Source: a virus (taxonomy: Duplodnaviria; Heunggongvirae; Uroviricota; Caudoviricetes). From it: a stretch of 34,071 nt of DNA. The notes under the pieces are model-generated. The model did not search any database and was not told where the DNA came from. It was given only the letters and a program-made list of their open reading frames with translations. Below, piece by piece: positions 1-8,857 of the stretch; the first letter of the stretch is position 1; the number at the start of each line of letters is the position of its first letter. The position numbers were made by a program, and so were the translations under genes. Where the stretch lies: positions 1 to 34,071 of IMG/VR virus record IMGVR_UViG_2721755657_000001; one strand, given 5' to 3'.

Positions 1-318
1 ATGAAAAAGATAGTTGCTATATCATTAATTAGTATTTTTATTGTGTCTGGTTGTGCTGTGCATAATGATGAGACAAGTATCGGTAAATTTGGTCTTGCAT
101 ATAAAAGTAATATTCAGCGTAAACTCGATAACCAATACTACACCGAAGCCGAAGCTTCTTTAGCCAGGGGCAGAATATCTGGTGCAGAAAATATAGTAAA
201 AAATGATGCAGCCCATTTCTGTGTTACTCAGGGCAAAAAAATGCAGATAGTTGACCTGAAGACAGAAGGTGCAGGATTACATGGCGTCGCTCGTCTGACA
301 TTCAAATGTGGAGAGTGA
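1..318 (+). CDS. yegR: Small lipoprotein, host chromosomal (YegR-like), left of prophage
   Basis: 105-aa ORF with signal peptide and lipobox (IVSGC at residues 14-18). Lies outside attL. Size and position next to the cyaR/yegQ locus match my recollection of E. coli yegR; symbol is recall-based. Confidence 0.5.
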   Translation: MKKIVAISLISIFIVSGCAVHNDETSIGKFGLAYKSNIQRKLDNQYYTEAEASLARGRISGAENIVKNDAAHFCVTQGKKMQIVDLKTEGAGLHGVARLTFKCGE

Positions 319-475
319 GAATATTTTTTGGTAAGCGTCAAACATGCGCGTTCTGGTTGTGCTTAGCCGGAACCTGTGCGAGCACGATGCCGTTACGTGA
401 AAGGCATCGTGCTATGAAGGGAGATTCTATCGATGTGGTCAATGGAAGACGGTGACCAGGGATAGGGCTTATGCA

Positions 476-503
476 TAAAAAATAAGCCCGTGTAAGGGAG
501 ATT
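476..503. repeat. attL core (direct repeat shared with attR)
   Basis: taaaaaataagcccgtgtaagggagatt is identical to 32538..32565. The 27-bp part matches the P2 att core as I recall it. Integrase gene immediately to the right. Confidence 0.9.
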
Positions 504-582
504 TAGGGTGTCACCAGTAGGGGCTTTCAACGGTACAATGCGGGTTTGAGCGGCATAAATTACCACTGAAAGCCCTTAAACG

Positions 583-1596
583 TTACTCTACTGTGGACAC
601 TGTGTGGACACTCTCGGCCTCAGTACCACCTCTTAGCGGATTAAGAGAAATGGCGTCCTGAAGGTACTCTGGCGCAAAATGAGCGTAAACCATAGTTTGC
701 TCAATCCGCGTGTGACCTAGTATCCGTTGTAGCGTGATAATACTTCCTCCATTAATCATGAAATGAGTGGCAAAGCTGTGCCTTAGTGCATGTGTGGCTT
801 GCCCCATTGGCAAATCCGGTTTTATTGCTTTCATTGTTCGTCTGAAGCGAGGGTAATCAGCATCAGGGAATAAAAAACCTCGTTTGTTATCCGCGATCAT
901 TTTGGCAACAGCCTCTGAGATCGGGACGGTGCGTGGTTTGTTTGTTTTCGTTTTAACAAACGTGACGCGGTTATGGATGATATTTTCTGCTTTCAAACGA
1001 GCTGCTTCTCCCCAACGTGCTCCTGTACTCAGGCAAAGAATCGCAATCTTTTTATTGTCGCCGTCAAGTGCTGCAAGCAGTAAGGCAATTTCTTCCTGTG
1101 TGAGATAGCCTGTTTCTGGTTTTTCCTCCTTAAGCCTCTTTGTCCCTCTGATAGGGTGCTCACCAAAGAATAACTCCGCTTCAATCAGGGCTGTAAACAT
1201 GCCGCTAATACATGTTAAATCACGATTGATACTCGAAGGTTTAATACCCTGACTTCTTCGGGTGGCGCAGTACTGGCTGATAAGGGATTTCGTGATTTGA
1301 AATGCGCATGGGTCATTCGTTATTTTTGTGAAGATTTCAATTTTTCCAAGATTAGATTTCCCATGCTCTTCGTGTTTACCCTTTAAATCCCACCAGATCT
1401 GTGTCAGTTCCGACAGACGTCGTTTGTCTGTTGGTTTTGATAGCCATTCTTTATTGTGGTGGTTGTACAACGTGTATTTTTCGAAAGCGACAGCTTCGCT
1501 TTTCTTATCAAACTTCCTACGGATGCGTTTTCCGTTACGTCCAGTAGGGCGGATGTCCACTTCATATCGACCATCATCGAGTTTTTTGATTGCCAT
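583..1596 (-). CDS. int: Tyrosine integrase (P2 Int-like)
   Basis: 337-aa ORF. C-terminus carries the tyrosine-recombinase catalytic signature (HALRHSF...LGHTRIEQTMVYAH). Adjacent to attL. Confidence 0.95.
   Translation of the reverse strand: MAIKKLDDGRYEVDIRPTGRNGKRIRRKFDKKSEAVAFEKYTLYNHHNKEWLSKPTDKRRLSELTQIWWDLKGKHEEHGKSNLGKIEIFTKITNDPCAFQITKSLISQYCATRRSQGIKPSSINRDLTCISGMFTALIEAELFFGEHPIRGTKRLKEEKPETGYLTQEEIALLLAALDGDNKKIAILCLSTGARWGEAARLKAENIIHNRVTFVKTKTNKPRTVPISEAVAKMIADNKRGFLFPDADYPRFRRTMKAIKPDLPMGQATHALRHSFATHFMINGGSIITLQRILGHTRIEQTMVYAHFAPEYLQDAISLNPLRGGTEAESVHTVSTVE
592..610. promoter_or_regulatory. Tandem Int arm-type binding sites (TGTGGACA x2) in the P' arm
   Basis: TGTGGACA at 592..599 and 603..610, directly repeated next to the att core and overlapping the int 3' end. 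Matches the recalled P2 Int arm-site motif. Confidence 0.6.
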
Positions 1597-1711
1597 CAGA
1601 AAACCCTCCGAGTGGTACTTTTTTTTGCTACTACTAATCGCTTTTTTCGTGGTGGCTGAAATTTAGCCACCAATAGTAGGCACTTGTGATGAATATATTC
1701 ACGATAAATTG

Positions 1712-2011
1712 TTAACCAGTCTTTTGACCGGAGTGGGGCGACGTTGTTTCGTTTTGCCCAAAGTGTGCGAGAGCGGGCGCAATTTGCCCGGCTTCTGGAG
1801 CTACCTGATCAGTCATGAACCACAAAGTATATTTAGTAAATCTAGGATGTTGTAAGACCTTCATTATGGCTTCAACTCCAGCGTTTTTTGACCGGCTCTC
1901 ATAGCTCGAAAGTGAGCTGTAGGCTACACCAGTTAATTCACTGAATTCTTTACGGTTTAACCTTTCAGATTCACGGATTAGCTTCAACTTCTCCGAAACG
2001 TCTATTGACAT
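1712..2011 (-). CDS. C: Immunity repressor C (P2 C-like)
   Basis: 99-aa product starting MSIDVSEKLK at the internal ATG (2011) of the 1712..2083 ORF. HTH-type sequence with the C-terminal ...FTKYTLWFMTDQVAPEAGQIAPALAHFGQNETTSPHSGQKTG recalled from P2 C. Divergent from cox. Confidence 0.85.
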   Translation of the reverse strand: MSIDVSEKLKLIRESERLNRKEFSELTGVAYSSLSSYESRSKNAGVEAIMKVLQHPRFTKYTLWFMTDQVAPEAGQIAPALAHFGQNETTSPHSGQKTG

Positions 2012-2088
2012 AATTACTCCGATTGCGTAATTTCTTGCTGATAGTGTGAAATGTTGTGCTTCTGGAGTTATCCTTTTAGGCAATAATT

Positions 2089-2107
2089 AGCCATTAGGAG
2101 CCATTAG
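2089..2107. promoter_or_regulatory. Candidate repressor operator: two direct AGCCATTAG repeats in the C/cox switch region
   Basis: AGCCATTAG at 2089..2097 and 2099..2107, about 26 bp upstream of the cox ATG, between the divergent C and cox genes. P2 C is known to bind direct repeats. Confidence 0.4.
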
Positions 2108-2132
2108 AAGCACTAAGGGAGAATCGTAGCAG

Positions 2133-2408
2133 ATGAATAGACAGCTTGTAAGCGTGACTGATGCCGTGCCTTATCAGGAGTTTGCAAAACTCATTGGTAA
2201 AACTCCAAGAGCTGTAAGGGGCATGATTGAGAAAGGGAAATTACCAGTTATTGAGATTACTGACCCTCAGTCAGTATCGGGGCGTGCTGGTGAATATTGG
2301 GTATACCTTCCGGCATGGAATAACGGACTAAAACTGGCTTATGAAAGCCGTCCTAAAGAGATTCGTGACGGCTGGTTGATGTGGTTAGGTCTCGGTGAAC
2401 CACGTTAA
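2133..2408 (+). CDS. cox: Cox (excisionase / Pc repressor)
   Basis: 91-aa ORF divergent from C, with SD AGGGAG upstream. Sequence ...GRAGEYWVYLPAWNNGLKLAYESRPKEIRDGWLMWLGLGEPR recalled as P2 Cox. Confidence 0.85.
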   Translation: MNRQLVSVTDAVPYQEFAKLIGKTPRAVRGMIEKGKLPVIEITDPQSVSGRAGEYWVYLPAWNNGLKLAYESRPKEIRDGWLMWLGLGEPR

Positions 2409-2418
2409 GGAGAACCGT

Positions 2419-2589
2419 ATGAATGAGCCTCGTTGTATTGCTCAGTTATTGCGTAACGAAAGCCCCAGGGCGATTGACTTCACCATCACCCACGGGAAGG
2501 GGCGTAAGGGAATCATTATCCGCACCAAAAAACAGAGTCCGTTAAAAAAGGCTCTGACCTTTCTGAAAAGCCGGAGGGTATGGAAATGA
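2419..2589 (+). CDS. Small early protein (P2 orf78 position)
   Basis: ATG at 2419 preceded by AAGGAG. 56 aa, basic. Sits between cox and B as in P2. Confidence 0.5.
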   Translation: MNEPRCIAQLLRNESPRAIDFTITHGKGRKGIIIRTKKQSPLKKALTFLKSRRVWK

Positions 2590-3086
2590 CAGTGATGACG
2601 CTCAATCTCGTTGAAAAACAGCCAGCAGCTATGCGCCGGATAATTGGTAAGCATCTTGCCGTTCCTCGCTGGCAGGATACATGTGATTATTATAATCAGA
2701 TGATGGAGCGCGAACGGTTAACGGTTTGCTTCCATGCTCAGTTAAAACAGCGTCACGCAACGATGTGTTTTGAAGAAATGAACGACGTCGAACGTGAACG
2801 ACTGGTATGTGCAATTGATGAATTGCGTGGTGCATTCTCAAAACGCCGTCAGGTTGGCGCAAGTGAGTATGCATATATTAGTTTTTTAACAGTCAGTCAG
2901 CGTCGTACTTTATTTATGCATGCCGGATTGACTGAAAAAGAATTCAACCAGCCATACTGGCGAATTAATGAAGAGTCATGTTACTGGCGTGATGCTTTAT
3001 TCCGTGCATTACGTGAATTATTCAGTCTGTTTGAGTATGCACCGACAATTCTGACGTCGGTAAAACCAGAGCAATATCTGCATTAA
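2586..3086 (+). CDS. B: Replication protein B (helicase-loader-like)
   Basis: 166-aa product from the ATG at 2586 (GGAGGG SD 7-8 nt upstream). Sequence MTVMTLNLVEKQPAAMRRIIGKHLAVPRWQDTCDYYNQ... recalled as P2 gpB. Confidence 0.85.
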   Translation: MTVMTLNLVEKQPAAMRRIIGKHLAVPRWQDTCDYYNQMMERERLTVCFHAQLKQRHATMCFEEMNDVERERLVCAIDELRGAFSKRRQVGASEYAYISFLTVSQRRTLFMHAGLTEKEFNQPYWRINEESCYWRDALFRALRELFSLFEYAPTILTSVKPEQYLH

Positions 3087-3149
3087 GTAATTAACCGGAG
3101 TTTTTAACGCACTTAATTGTGCGGGGCTTCTTTTTGCCTGGAGAAAGTC

Positions 3150-3374
3150 ATGCATACAGTTTCTGAAAATCAGTGCGGTAAATACGCATTACTGCTGCAA
3201 CAGGCCAGAACCGAAGCACAGGCCGACGCAGCGACGCGCTTTTCTTCTCATCTTGACGCCATGATTCGCCACATCACAAAGGCGGAGTTATCCCGCGTGG
3301 AGATAGTCGAGCTGCTCAGTCAGGAGTCGGAAAAATTTCACAATATCGGATTGTCTCGCGGGGAGGTGCTTTGA
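3150..3374 (+). CDS. Hypothetical early protein (orf80 position)
   Basis: ATG at 3150 with GGAGAAA SD, inside ORF 3117..3374. No recognisable motifs. Confidence 0.5.
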   Translation: MHTVSENQCGKYALLLQQARTEAQADAATRFSSHLDAMIRHITKAELSRVEIVELLSQESEKFHNIGLSRGEVL

Positions 3375-3676
3375 TGTCCTGTTCTCGTTCAGTTGTATTA
3401 CTGAATAACGCCTTAAAAATCGCCGTTATGAAAAATGGCGATTTATCTCTTATTCAACTTGGTCTTGATAAAGAAAAACGCGAAATAACTGAGTCTGTTA
3501 TCGCGATTTATCAGAACGAATTAAATCTCCTGTCTGATGTGGTCAATTTACTTGTTAAACGCGCTGTATTTCACAAGCAAATCTCCTCCGTGGATGAACT
3601 GACGAAATTAACGACAGAAATTGCCAGCTATTGCGCTGATGAATTTAAAAAACTTAACGACAAAAGGAGCTGGTAA
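3374..3676 (+). CDS. Hypothetical early protein (orf81 position)
   Basis: ATG at 3374 with GGAGG SD 7 nt upstream (the track start at 3371 is a TTG). 100 aa. Confidence 0.55.
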   Translation: MSCSRSVVLLNNALKIAVMKNGDLSLIQLGLDKEKREITESVIAIYQNELNLLSDVVNLLVKRAVFHKQISSVDELTKLTTEIASYCADEFKKLNDKRSW

Positions 3677-3900
3677 TGCCGGACAACGTAGATTTTATTC
3701 AGGAACAACAGGCTGAATTACTGGAGCGTCAGATTAACGCGGCAAGGGTAAAACATTGCGGTGCTTCTGCGCTGGTTTGCGAAGAGTGTGACGCGCCAAT
3801 ACCTGCTGCCCGTCGTGCGGCTTATCCGTCAGCCACGCGTTGTGTTTCCTGTCAGTCAGTCTTTGAAGCAAAAAACAAACATTACCGGAGAACGGCATGA
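3676..3900 (+). CDS. TraR/DksA-type C4 zinc-finger protein (orf82 position)
   Basis: 74 aa with CxxC...CxxC (CEECDAPIPAARRAAYPSATRCVSC). AAGGAG SD. TAATG overlap with upstream gene. Confidence 0.7.
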   Translation: MPDNVDFIQEQQAELLERQINAARVKHCGASALVCEECDAPIPAARRAAYPSATRCVSCQSVFEAKNKHYRRTA

Positions 3901-4172
3901 GTATTCGTATTGAAATTGGCGAACGTTATGTCGTTACCAGTGACAGCTTTCAGTTTATTCTCCACGAGAAAAAGAGAGCGGAAAGCGGTAAAAACGCCGG
4001 TCAGGAATGGCTGGCGGTGGTTGGTTATTACCCGAAATTAAGCCAGCTCGTTTCCGGCCTGATGCATCACGATATTCTGACCGGAAGCGCAAAATCTTTT
4101 GCTGATTTAAACGCGCAGGTTGAGCAACTCAGCAAGCGTTGTTCAGAGGCTTTTGGCTCATATGGCCGTTAA
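3897..4172 (+). CDS. Hypothetical early protein (orf83 position)
   Basis: 91-aa ORF, ATGA overlap with the upstream stop, GGAG SD. Its 3' end overlaps the A start. Confidence 0.55.
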   Translation: MSIRIEIGERYVVTSDSFQFILHEKKRAESGKNAGQEWLAVVGYYPKLSQLVSGLMHHDILTGSAKSFADLNAQVEQLSKRCSEAFGSYGR

Positions 4173-6447
4173 AGCCTCCGGGCGTTTTGTCCCTCCGGCA
4201 GCATTTGCCGCAGGCACCGGTAAGACGTTTACCGGTGCTTATGCATGGAACGCGCCACGCGAGGCTGTCGGGCGCGAAAGACCCCTTACACGTGACGAGA
4301 TGCGTCAGGTGCAAGGTGTTTTATCCACGATTAACCGCCTGCCTTACTTTTTGCGTTCGCTGTTTACTTCACGCTATGACTACATCCGGCGCAATAAAAG
4401 CCCGGTACACGGGTTTTATTTCCTCACATCCACTTTTCAGCGTCGTTTATGGCCGCGCATTGAGCGTGTGAATCAGCGCCATGAAATGAACACCGATGCG
4501 TCGTTGCTGTTTCTGGCAGAGCGCGACAAGTATGCGCGCCTGCCGGGAATGAATGACAGAGAGCTGAAAAAGTTTGCCGCCCGTATCTCATCGCTGCTTT
4601 TCATGATGTATGAGGAACTCTGCGATGCATGGGTTGATGCGCATGGCGAGAAAGAATCGCTGTTTACGGATGAGGCGCAGGCTCACCTCTATGGTCATGT
4701 TGCTGGTGCTGCTCGTGCTTTCAATATTTCCCCTCTCTACTGGAAAAAATACCGTAAAGGACAGATGACCACGAGGCAGGCATATTCTGCCATTGCCCGC
4801 CTGTTTAACGATGAGTGGTGGACTCATCAGCTTAAAGGCCAGCGTATGCGCTGGCATGAGGCGTTACTGATAGCTGTCGGGGAGGTTAATAAAGACCGTT
4901 CTCCTTATGCCAGTAAACATGCCATTCGTGATGTGCGTGCGCGCCGCCAGGCAAATCTGGAATTTCTTAAATCGTGTGACCTTGAAAACAGGGAAACCAG
5001 CGAGCGCATCGACCTTATCAGTAAGGTGATGGGCAGTATTTCTAATCCTGAAATTCGCCGGATGGAGCTGATGAACACCATTGCCGGTATTGAGCGTTAC
5101 GCCGCCGCAGAGGGTGATGTGGGGATGTTTATCACGCTGACCACGCCGTCAAAGTATCACCCGACACGTCAGGTCGGAAAAGGCGAAAGTAAAACCGTCC
5201 AGCTAAATCATGGCTGGAACGATGAGGCATTTAATCCAAAGGATGCGCAGCGTTATCTCTGCCGTATCTGGAGCCTGATGCGCACGGCATTCAAGGATAA
5301 TGATTTACAGGTCTACGGTTTGCGTGTCGTCGAGCCACACCACGACGGAACGCCGCACTGGCATATGATGCTTTTTTGTAATCCACGCCAGCGTAACCAG
5401 ATTATCGAAATCATGCGTCGCTATGCGCTCAAAGAGGATGGCGACGAAAGAGGAGCCGCGCGAAACCGTTTTCAGGCAAAACATCTTAACCGGGGCGGTG
5501 CTGCGGGGTATATCGCGAAATACATCTCAAAAAACATCGATGGCTATGCACTGGATGGTCAGCTCGATAACGATACCGGCAGGCCGCTGAAAGATACTGC
5601 TGCGGCTGTTACCGCATGGGCGTCAACGTGGCGCATTCCGCAATTTAAAACGGTTGGTCTGCCGACAATGGGGGCTTACCGTGAACTACGCAAATTGCCT
5701 CGCGGCGTCAGCATTGCTGATGAGTTTGACGAGCGCGTCGAGGCTGCACGCGCCGCTGCAGACAGTGGTGATTTTGCGTTGTATATCAGCGCGCAGGGCG
5801 GGGCAAATGTCCCGCGCGATTGTCAGACTGTCAGGGTCGCCCGTAGCCCGTCGGATGACGTTAACGAGTACGAGGAAGAAGTCGAGAGAGTGGTCGGCAT
5901 TTACGCGCCGCATCTCGGCGCGCGTCATATTCATATCACCAGAACGACGGACTGGCGCATTGTGCCGAAAGTGCCGGTCGTTGAGCCTTTGACGTTAAAA
6001 AGCGGCATCGCCGCGCCTCGGAGTCCTGTCAATAACTGTGGAAAGCTCTCCGGTGGTGATACTTCGTTACCGGTTCCCACACCTTCTGAACATGCCGCAG
6101 CCGTGCTTAATCTGGTTGATGACGGTGTTATCGAATGGAATGAGCCAGAGGTCGTGAGGGCGCTCAGAGGTGCATTAAAACACGGACTGAGAACACCAAA
6201 TCGTCAGCAGAGAAACAGAAGCCTGTTAAAACCACATGAAATAGCGCCATCGGCCAGACTGACCCGGTCGGAACGAACGCAAATTACCCGTATCCGCGTT
6301 GACCTTGCTCAGAACGGTATCAGGCCGCAGCGATGGGAGATTGAGGCGCTGGCGCGTGGGGCAACCGTAAATTATGACGGGAAAAAATTCACGTATCCGG
6401 TCGCTGATGAGTGGCCGGGATTCTCAACAGTAATGGAGTGGACATGA
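4162..6447 (+). CDS. A: Replication initiation protein A (rolling-circle nickase)
   Basis: 761-aa product from the ATG at 4162 (MAVKASGRFVPP...), within ORF 4120..6447. Sequence recalled as P2 gpA. Confidence 0.9.
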   Translation: MAVKASGRFVPPAAFAAGTGKTFTGAYAWNAPREAVGRERPLTRDEMRQVQGVLSTINRLPYFLRSLFTSRYDYIRRNKSPVHGFYFLTSTFQRRLWPRIERVNQRHEMNTDASLLFLAERDKYARLPGMNDRELKKFAARISSLLFMMYEELCDAWVDAHGEKESLFTDEAQAHLYGHVAGAARAFNISPLYWKKYRKGQMTTRQAYSAIARLFNDEWWTHQLKGQRMRWHEALLIAVGEVNKDRSPYASKHAIRDVRARRQANLEFLKSCDLENRETSERIDLISKVMGSISNPEIRRMELMNTIAGIERYAAAEGDVGMFITLTTPSKYHPTRQVGKGESKTVQLNHGWNDEAFNPKDAQRYLCRIWSLMRTAFKDNDLQVYGLRVVEPHHDGTPHWHMMLFCNPRQRNQIIEIMRRYALKEDGDERGAARNRFQAKHLNRGGAAGYIAKYISKNIDGYALDGQLDNDTGRPLKDTAAAVTAWASTWRIPQFKTVGLPTMGAYRELRKLPRGVSIADEFDERVEAARAAADSGDFALYISAQGGANVPRDCQTVRVARSPSDDVNEYEEEVERVVGIYAPHLGARHIHITRTTDWRIVPKVPVVEPLTLKSGIAAPRSPVNNCGKLSGGDTSLPVPTPSEHAAAVLNLVDDGVIEWNEPEVVRALRGALKHGLRTPNRQQRNRSLLKPHEIAPSARLTRSERTQITRIRVDLAQNGIRPQRWEIEALARGATVNYDGKKFTYPVADEWPGFSTVMEWT

Positions 6448-6899
6448 TGGCAAAAATTCACGAGGTAAAGCTGCACGCAAAATATTTCGACCTTGTGCTG
6501 GAAGGAAAGAAACGCGCAGAGTTTCGGAAAAATGACCGTAATTATGAGCGCGGGGACACGTTGATTTTGCATGAATGGGTGCAGGGTGTGTATACGGGGC
6601 GAAAGGTTGAAGCCCGGATAACAGATGTTACTGACCTGTCAGACTGGCTGGAAGATTATGTCTTGCTAAGTATTGAGCGGCTTAATACAGGCGCATATGA
6701 GATTGTGAACTGGAAAGAACTTAGTGAGCGTGGTCTGGTATTCAGAATTAATCATGAAATTATGCATCAGCTCGGCCTTGCTGTTATGTATGAATCAGAG
6801 ACGGGGATGTCTGGCGGGGCAATGGTAGCCACGGATGGAGCATGGAACTATTCAGATGAACAGATGGAGCGTGCAAAGCAAAACGGGTGGCTTGGATAA
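6444..6899 (+). CDS. ASCH/PUA-like (DUF3850-like) domain protein, translationally coupled to A
   Basis: ATG at 6444 overlaps the A stop (ATGA). The N-terminal ~80 aa (KIHEVKLHAKYFDLVLEGKKRAEFRKNDRNYERGDTLILHE) resemble the ASCH GxKxxExR-type fold. Domain call is from motif reading only. Confidence 0.5.
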   Translation: MMAKIHEVKLHAKYFDLVLEGKKRAEFRKNDRNYERGDTLILHEWVQGVYTGRKVEARITDVTDLSDWLEDYVLLSIERLNTGAYEIVNWKELSERGLVFRINHEIMHQLGLAVMYESETGMSGGAMVATDGAWNYSDEQMERAKQNGWLG

Positions 6900-7105
6900 T
6901 GCACAGAATACCAGGCGAGATACCGCACCATAAAACTAAAAATATCAAGCTGATGGCTATTGTTCAGCGTTTACAGCGGATTATGGTCAACGAAAATCTG
7001 ACGCCCGATGAGCTGGTCGGGTGTGCCGAAATAGTACGGGATAATTACGGGCGGCTTAACTATATCGGTCAGTCCAGAGTTGCGCCACCACCACGCAGAC
7101 GATAG
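6899..7105 (+). CDS. Small hypothetical protein (68 aa), coupled to upstream gene
   Basis: ATG at 6899 in a TAATG overlap with the upstream stop. Arg/Pro-rich C-terminus. Backbone-like base composition. Confidence 0.4.
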   Translation: MHRIPGEIPHHKTKNIKLMAIVQRLQRIMVNENLTPDELVGCAEIVRDNYGRLNYIGQSRVAPPPRRR

Positions 7106-7328
7106 AGAACGCCGCCAGTTGTGAAACTTGTTTTCAGGGCTGGCGGGGTTGAACAACGAGCGAAGCGAGACGTTAGTTGACAGACATATTTTTACTACGT
7201 TGGTGCTGGTTTTTGACGGTTGAAAGGAGTTAGGTTGGAGAGCTAACAACTTACAAATATTCAAAAGTAAGCATCCTGTTGCTAACATGAGGTTGATTTT
7301 TTATGTGGATGATGCAAAAAGGATAGCT

Positions 7329-8060
7329 ATGGATACTATAATCGCTTTTCTATCACTCGCTTTTTTCGTTGCTTTCTTCATCGGGCTAATCAAGCCATCA
7401 CTGGTGCGAATGCCAAACCGCAAACGTGCAAGTGCGGTTTATCTCGGAGGAGGTTTTGTATTGAGCATAATTGGTTCAATACTCTATCCAACAGAAAAAA
7501 GCCAGCCAGTTGCTAAAACTGAAACATCAACCGTTGCAGAACACAAAGTCCAAAAAACATTCGAATATGGTGAAAAAACACTCAAGGAATATCGGAACGA
7601 GTCAAAGAAAACACGACACGATATTGTGAATAGTTACATTGATTTTAAGGAAGTTCCAGCCACCGCGTCAGATGCGTTTTATGCCTGCATGAGTGAGTAT
7701 ACATTTACCAAAGATGATGAGTTGAAACTCGGTGATGTTCTTGGGTGGTGCTTTAATGATTATGAAAATGACCCGAGTTCACTAAACAATAAAATCAATC
7801 TTGATACATTTCAGAGTAATTTTAGTGGTTGGGATGGTTCTTATCGTCCATTGGAAAAACTAATTAAAGATAATATGAACGATGATTCATCTTATAAACA
7901 TGTGTCAACGGTATATCATCTGGTTTTGAATAAAGACCCGCATGCCATTGTGAAAACCACGTTTCGCGGAACTAATGCTTATGGCGGAGTAGTGAAACAG
8001 ACGATTGCTGCGCGTGTCAATGTAGAAACAGGTGAGGTTGTATCAATTATAAGTGAGTGA
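7329..8060 (+). CDS. Cargo gene 1 in the A-cos (tin/old) slot: membrane-anchored protein of unknown function
   Basis: ATG at 7329 with AAGGA SD 5 nt upstream (alternative ATG at 7287 has no SD). Two N-terminal hydrophobic segments (IIAFLSLAFFVAFFIGLI, VYLGGGFVLSIIGSILY) followed by a ~190-aa soluble domain. Visibly AT-rich relative to flanking phage genes. Confidence 0.65.
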   Translation: MDTIIAFLSLAFFVAFFIGLIKPSLVRMPNRKRASAVYLGGGFVLSIIGSILYPTEKSQPVAKTETSTVAEHKVQKTFEYGEKTLKEYRNESKKTRHDIVNSYIDFKEVPATASDAFYACMSEYTFTKDDELKLGDVLGWCFNDYENDPSSLNNKINLDTFQSNFSGWDGSYRPLEKLIKDNMNDDSSYKHVSTVYHLVLNKDPHAIVKTTFRGTNAYGGVVKQTIAARVNVETGEVVSIISE

Positions 8061-8158
8061 ACTGTGCCAGAATGATAAAGATGCCAGCATTTATGCTGGC
8101 AATCATAAAAATAGTGACTAGCAAAAATTGGTGTCTGGTTTTAATGTGAGATTAGAAA

Positions 8159-8857
8159 ATGAAGAGATGTAAATATATTTTAAGAGGTTTGTTGCTGAAG
8201 TTTAAAAGTATAAGTTCTATGCATTTGTTATTTGTTTTAATAACGGCTTGTCTATTCTTTTTTATAGGGTGTTACGTGGGTTATAGTGGTATTGGTTTGA
8301 ATGGTGACACTAAATACCAATTAATTACAATACCTTTTTTGACCATGTTGGGTACTTGGGTTTCTGGGGTGGGAGCATTTTCTGCTGTTGCGACATCATT
8401 GTTGTTGGCACACCGTTCGCTAAAGGAAAATTCAGAAGAAATTGCTATTCGATATAGCATGGTGTTAATACCATCAATGTACTTACCTAGCACTACAGAT
8501 ACAGCAATATCAATAACCATAACAAACAAAAGAAAAGTAAGGAGTAATATTCAATCGGTTGTTTTGCAATTTTCTAATAATAAAGCAATGAATATATGGG
8601 TAAACCCCGGGACGCTTATCTCTGGCAAGTTACCGCATGTTTTAGAAGACTATGGTGATATATTGACGCTTATAATTCCAGAGAGCATTACCGCATCAGT
8701 AACTGATGAGGGGTTCGTAAAAGAATGTCAGGGGAATACTCTTGGAGAAGGTAGCGTCGTAGTTCACACAACGACAAAAACATTTGTAAAAAAATTAACA
8801 TTACCTCAAATTAAGCCATTTAATGATAAATTTAAGTCTGTATTGACGAAGCCGTAA
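8159..8857 (+). CDS. Cargo gene 2 in the A-cos slot: membrane/lipoprotein-like protein of unknown function
   Basis: 232-aa ORF. Basic N-terminus, then hydrophobic stretches (LLFVLITACLFFFIGC, possible lipobox FIGC; second stretch AFSAVATSLLLA), then a ~140-aa soluble C-terminal region. AT-rich. 98 bp downstream of cargo gene 1 on the same strand. Confidence 0.6.
   Translation: MKRCKYILRGLLLKFKSISSMHLLFVLITACLFFFIGCYVGYSGIGLNGDTKYQLITIPFLTMLGTWVSGVGAFSAVATSLLLAHRSLKENSEEIAIRYSMVLIPSMYLPSTTDTAISITITNKRKVRSNIQSVVLQFSNNKAMNIWVNPGTLISGKLPHVLEDYGDILTLIIPESITASVTDEGFVKECQGNTLGEGSVVVHTTTKTFVKKLTLPQIKPFNDKFKSVLTKP

Noticed and set aside
884-1666. Plus-strand ORFs (74, 112 and 67 aa) antisense to int
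   Set aside because: All lie inside the integrase gene; no independent signals.
3108-3135. Terminator-like hairpin after B (cgcac-ttaatt-gtgcg followed by ggcttcttttt)
   Set aside because: Stem is only 5 bp and the T-run is 7 nt away from it. It sits inside the early operon where read-through to A is required; at most a weak attenuator.
7177-7205. Consensus -35 hexamer TTGACA (7177..7182) upstream of the cargo genes
   Set aside because: No acceptable -10 hexamer at 16-18 bp spacing, so I do not call a promoter; the cargo promoter remains unmapped.
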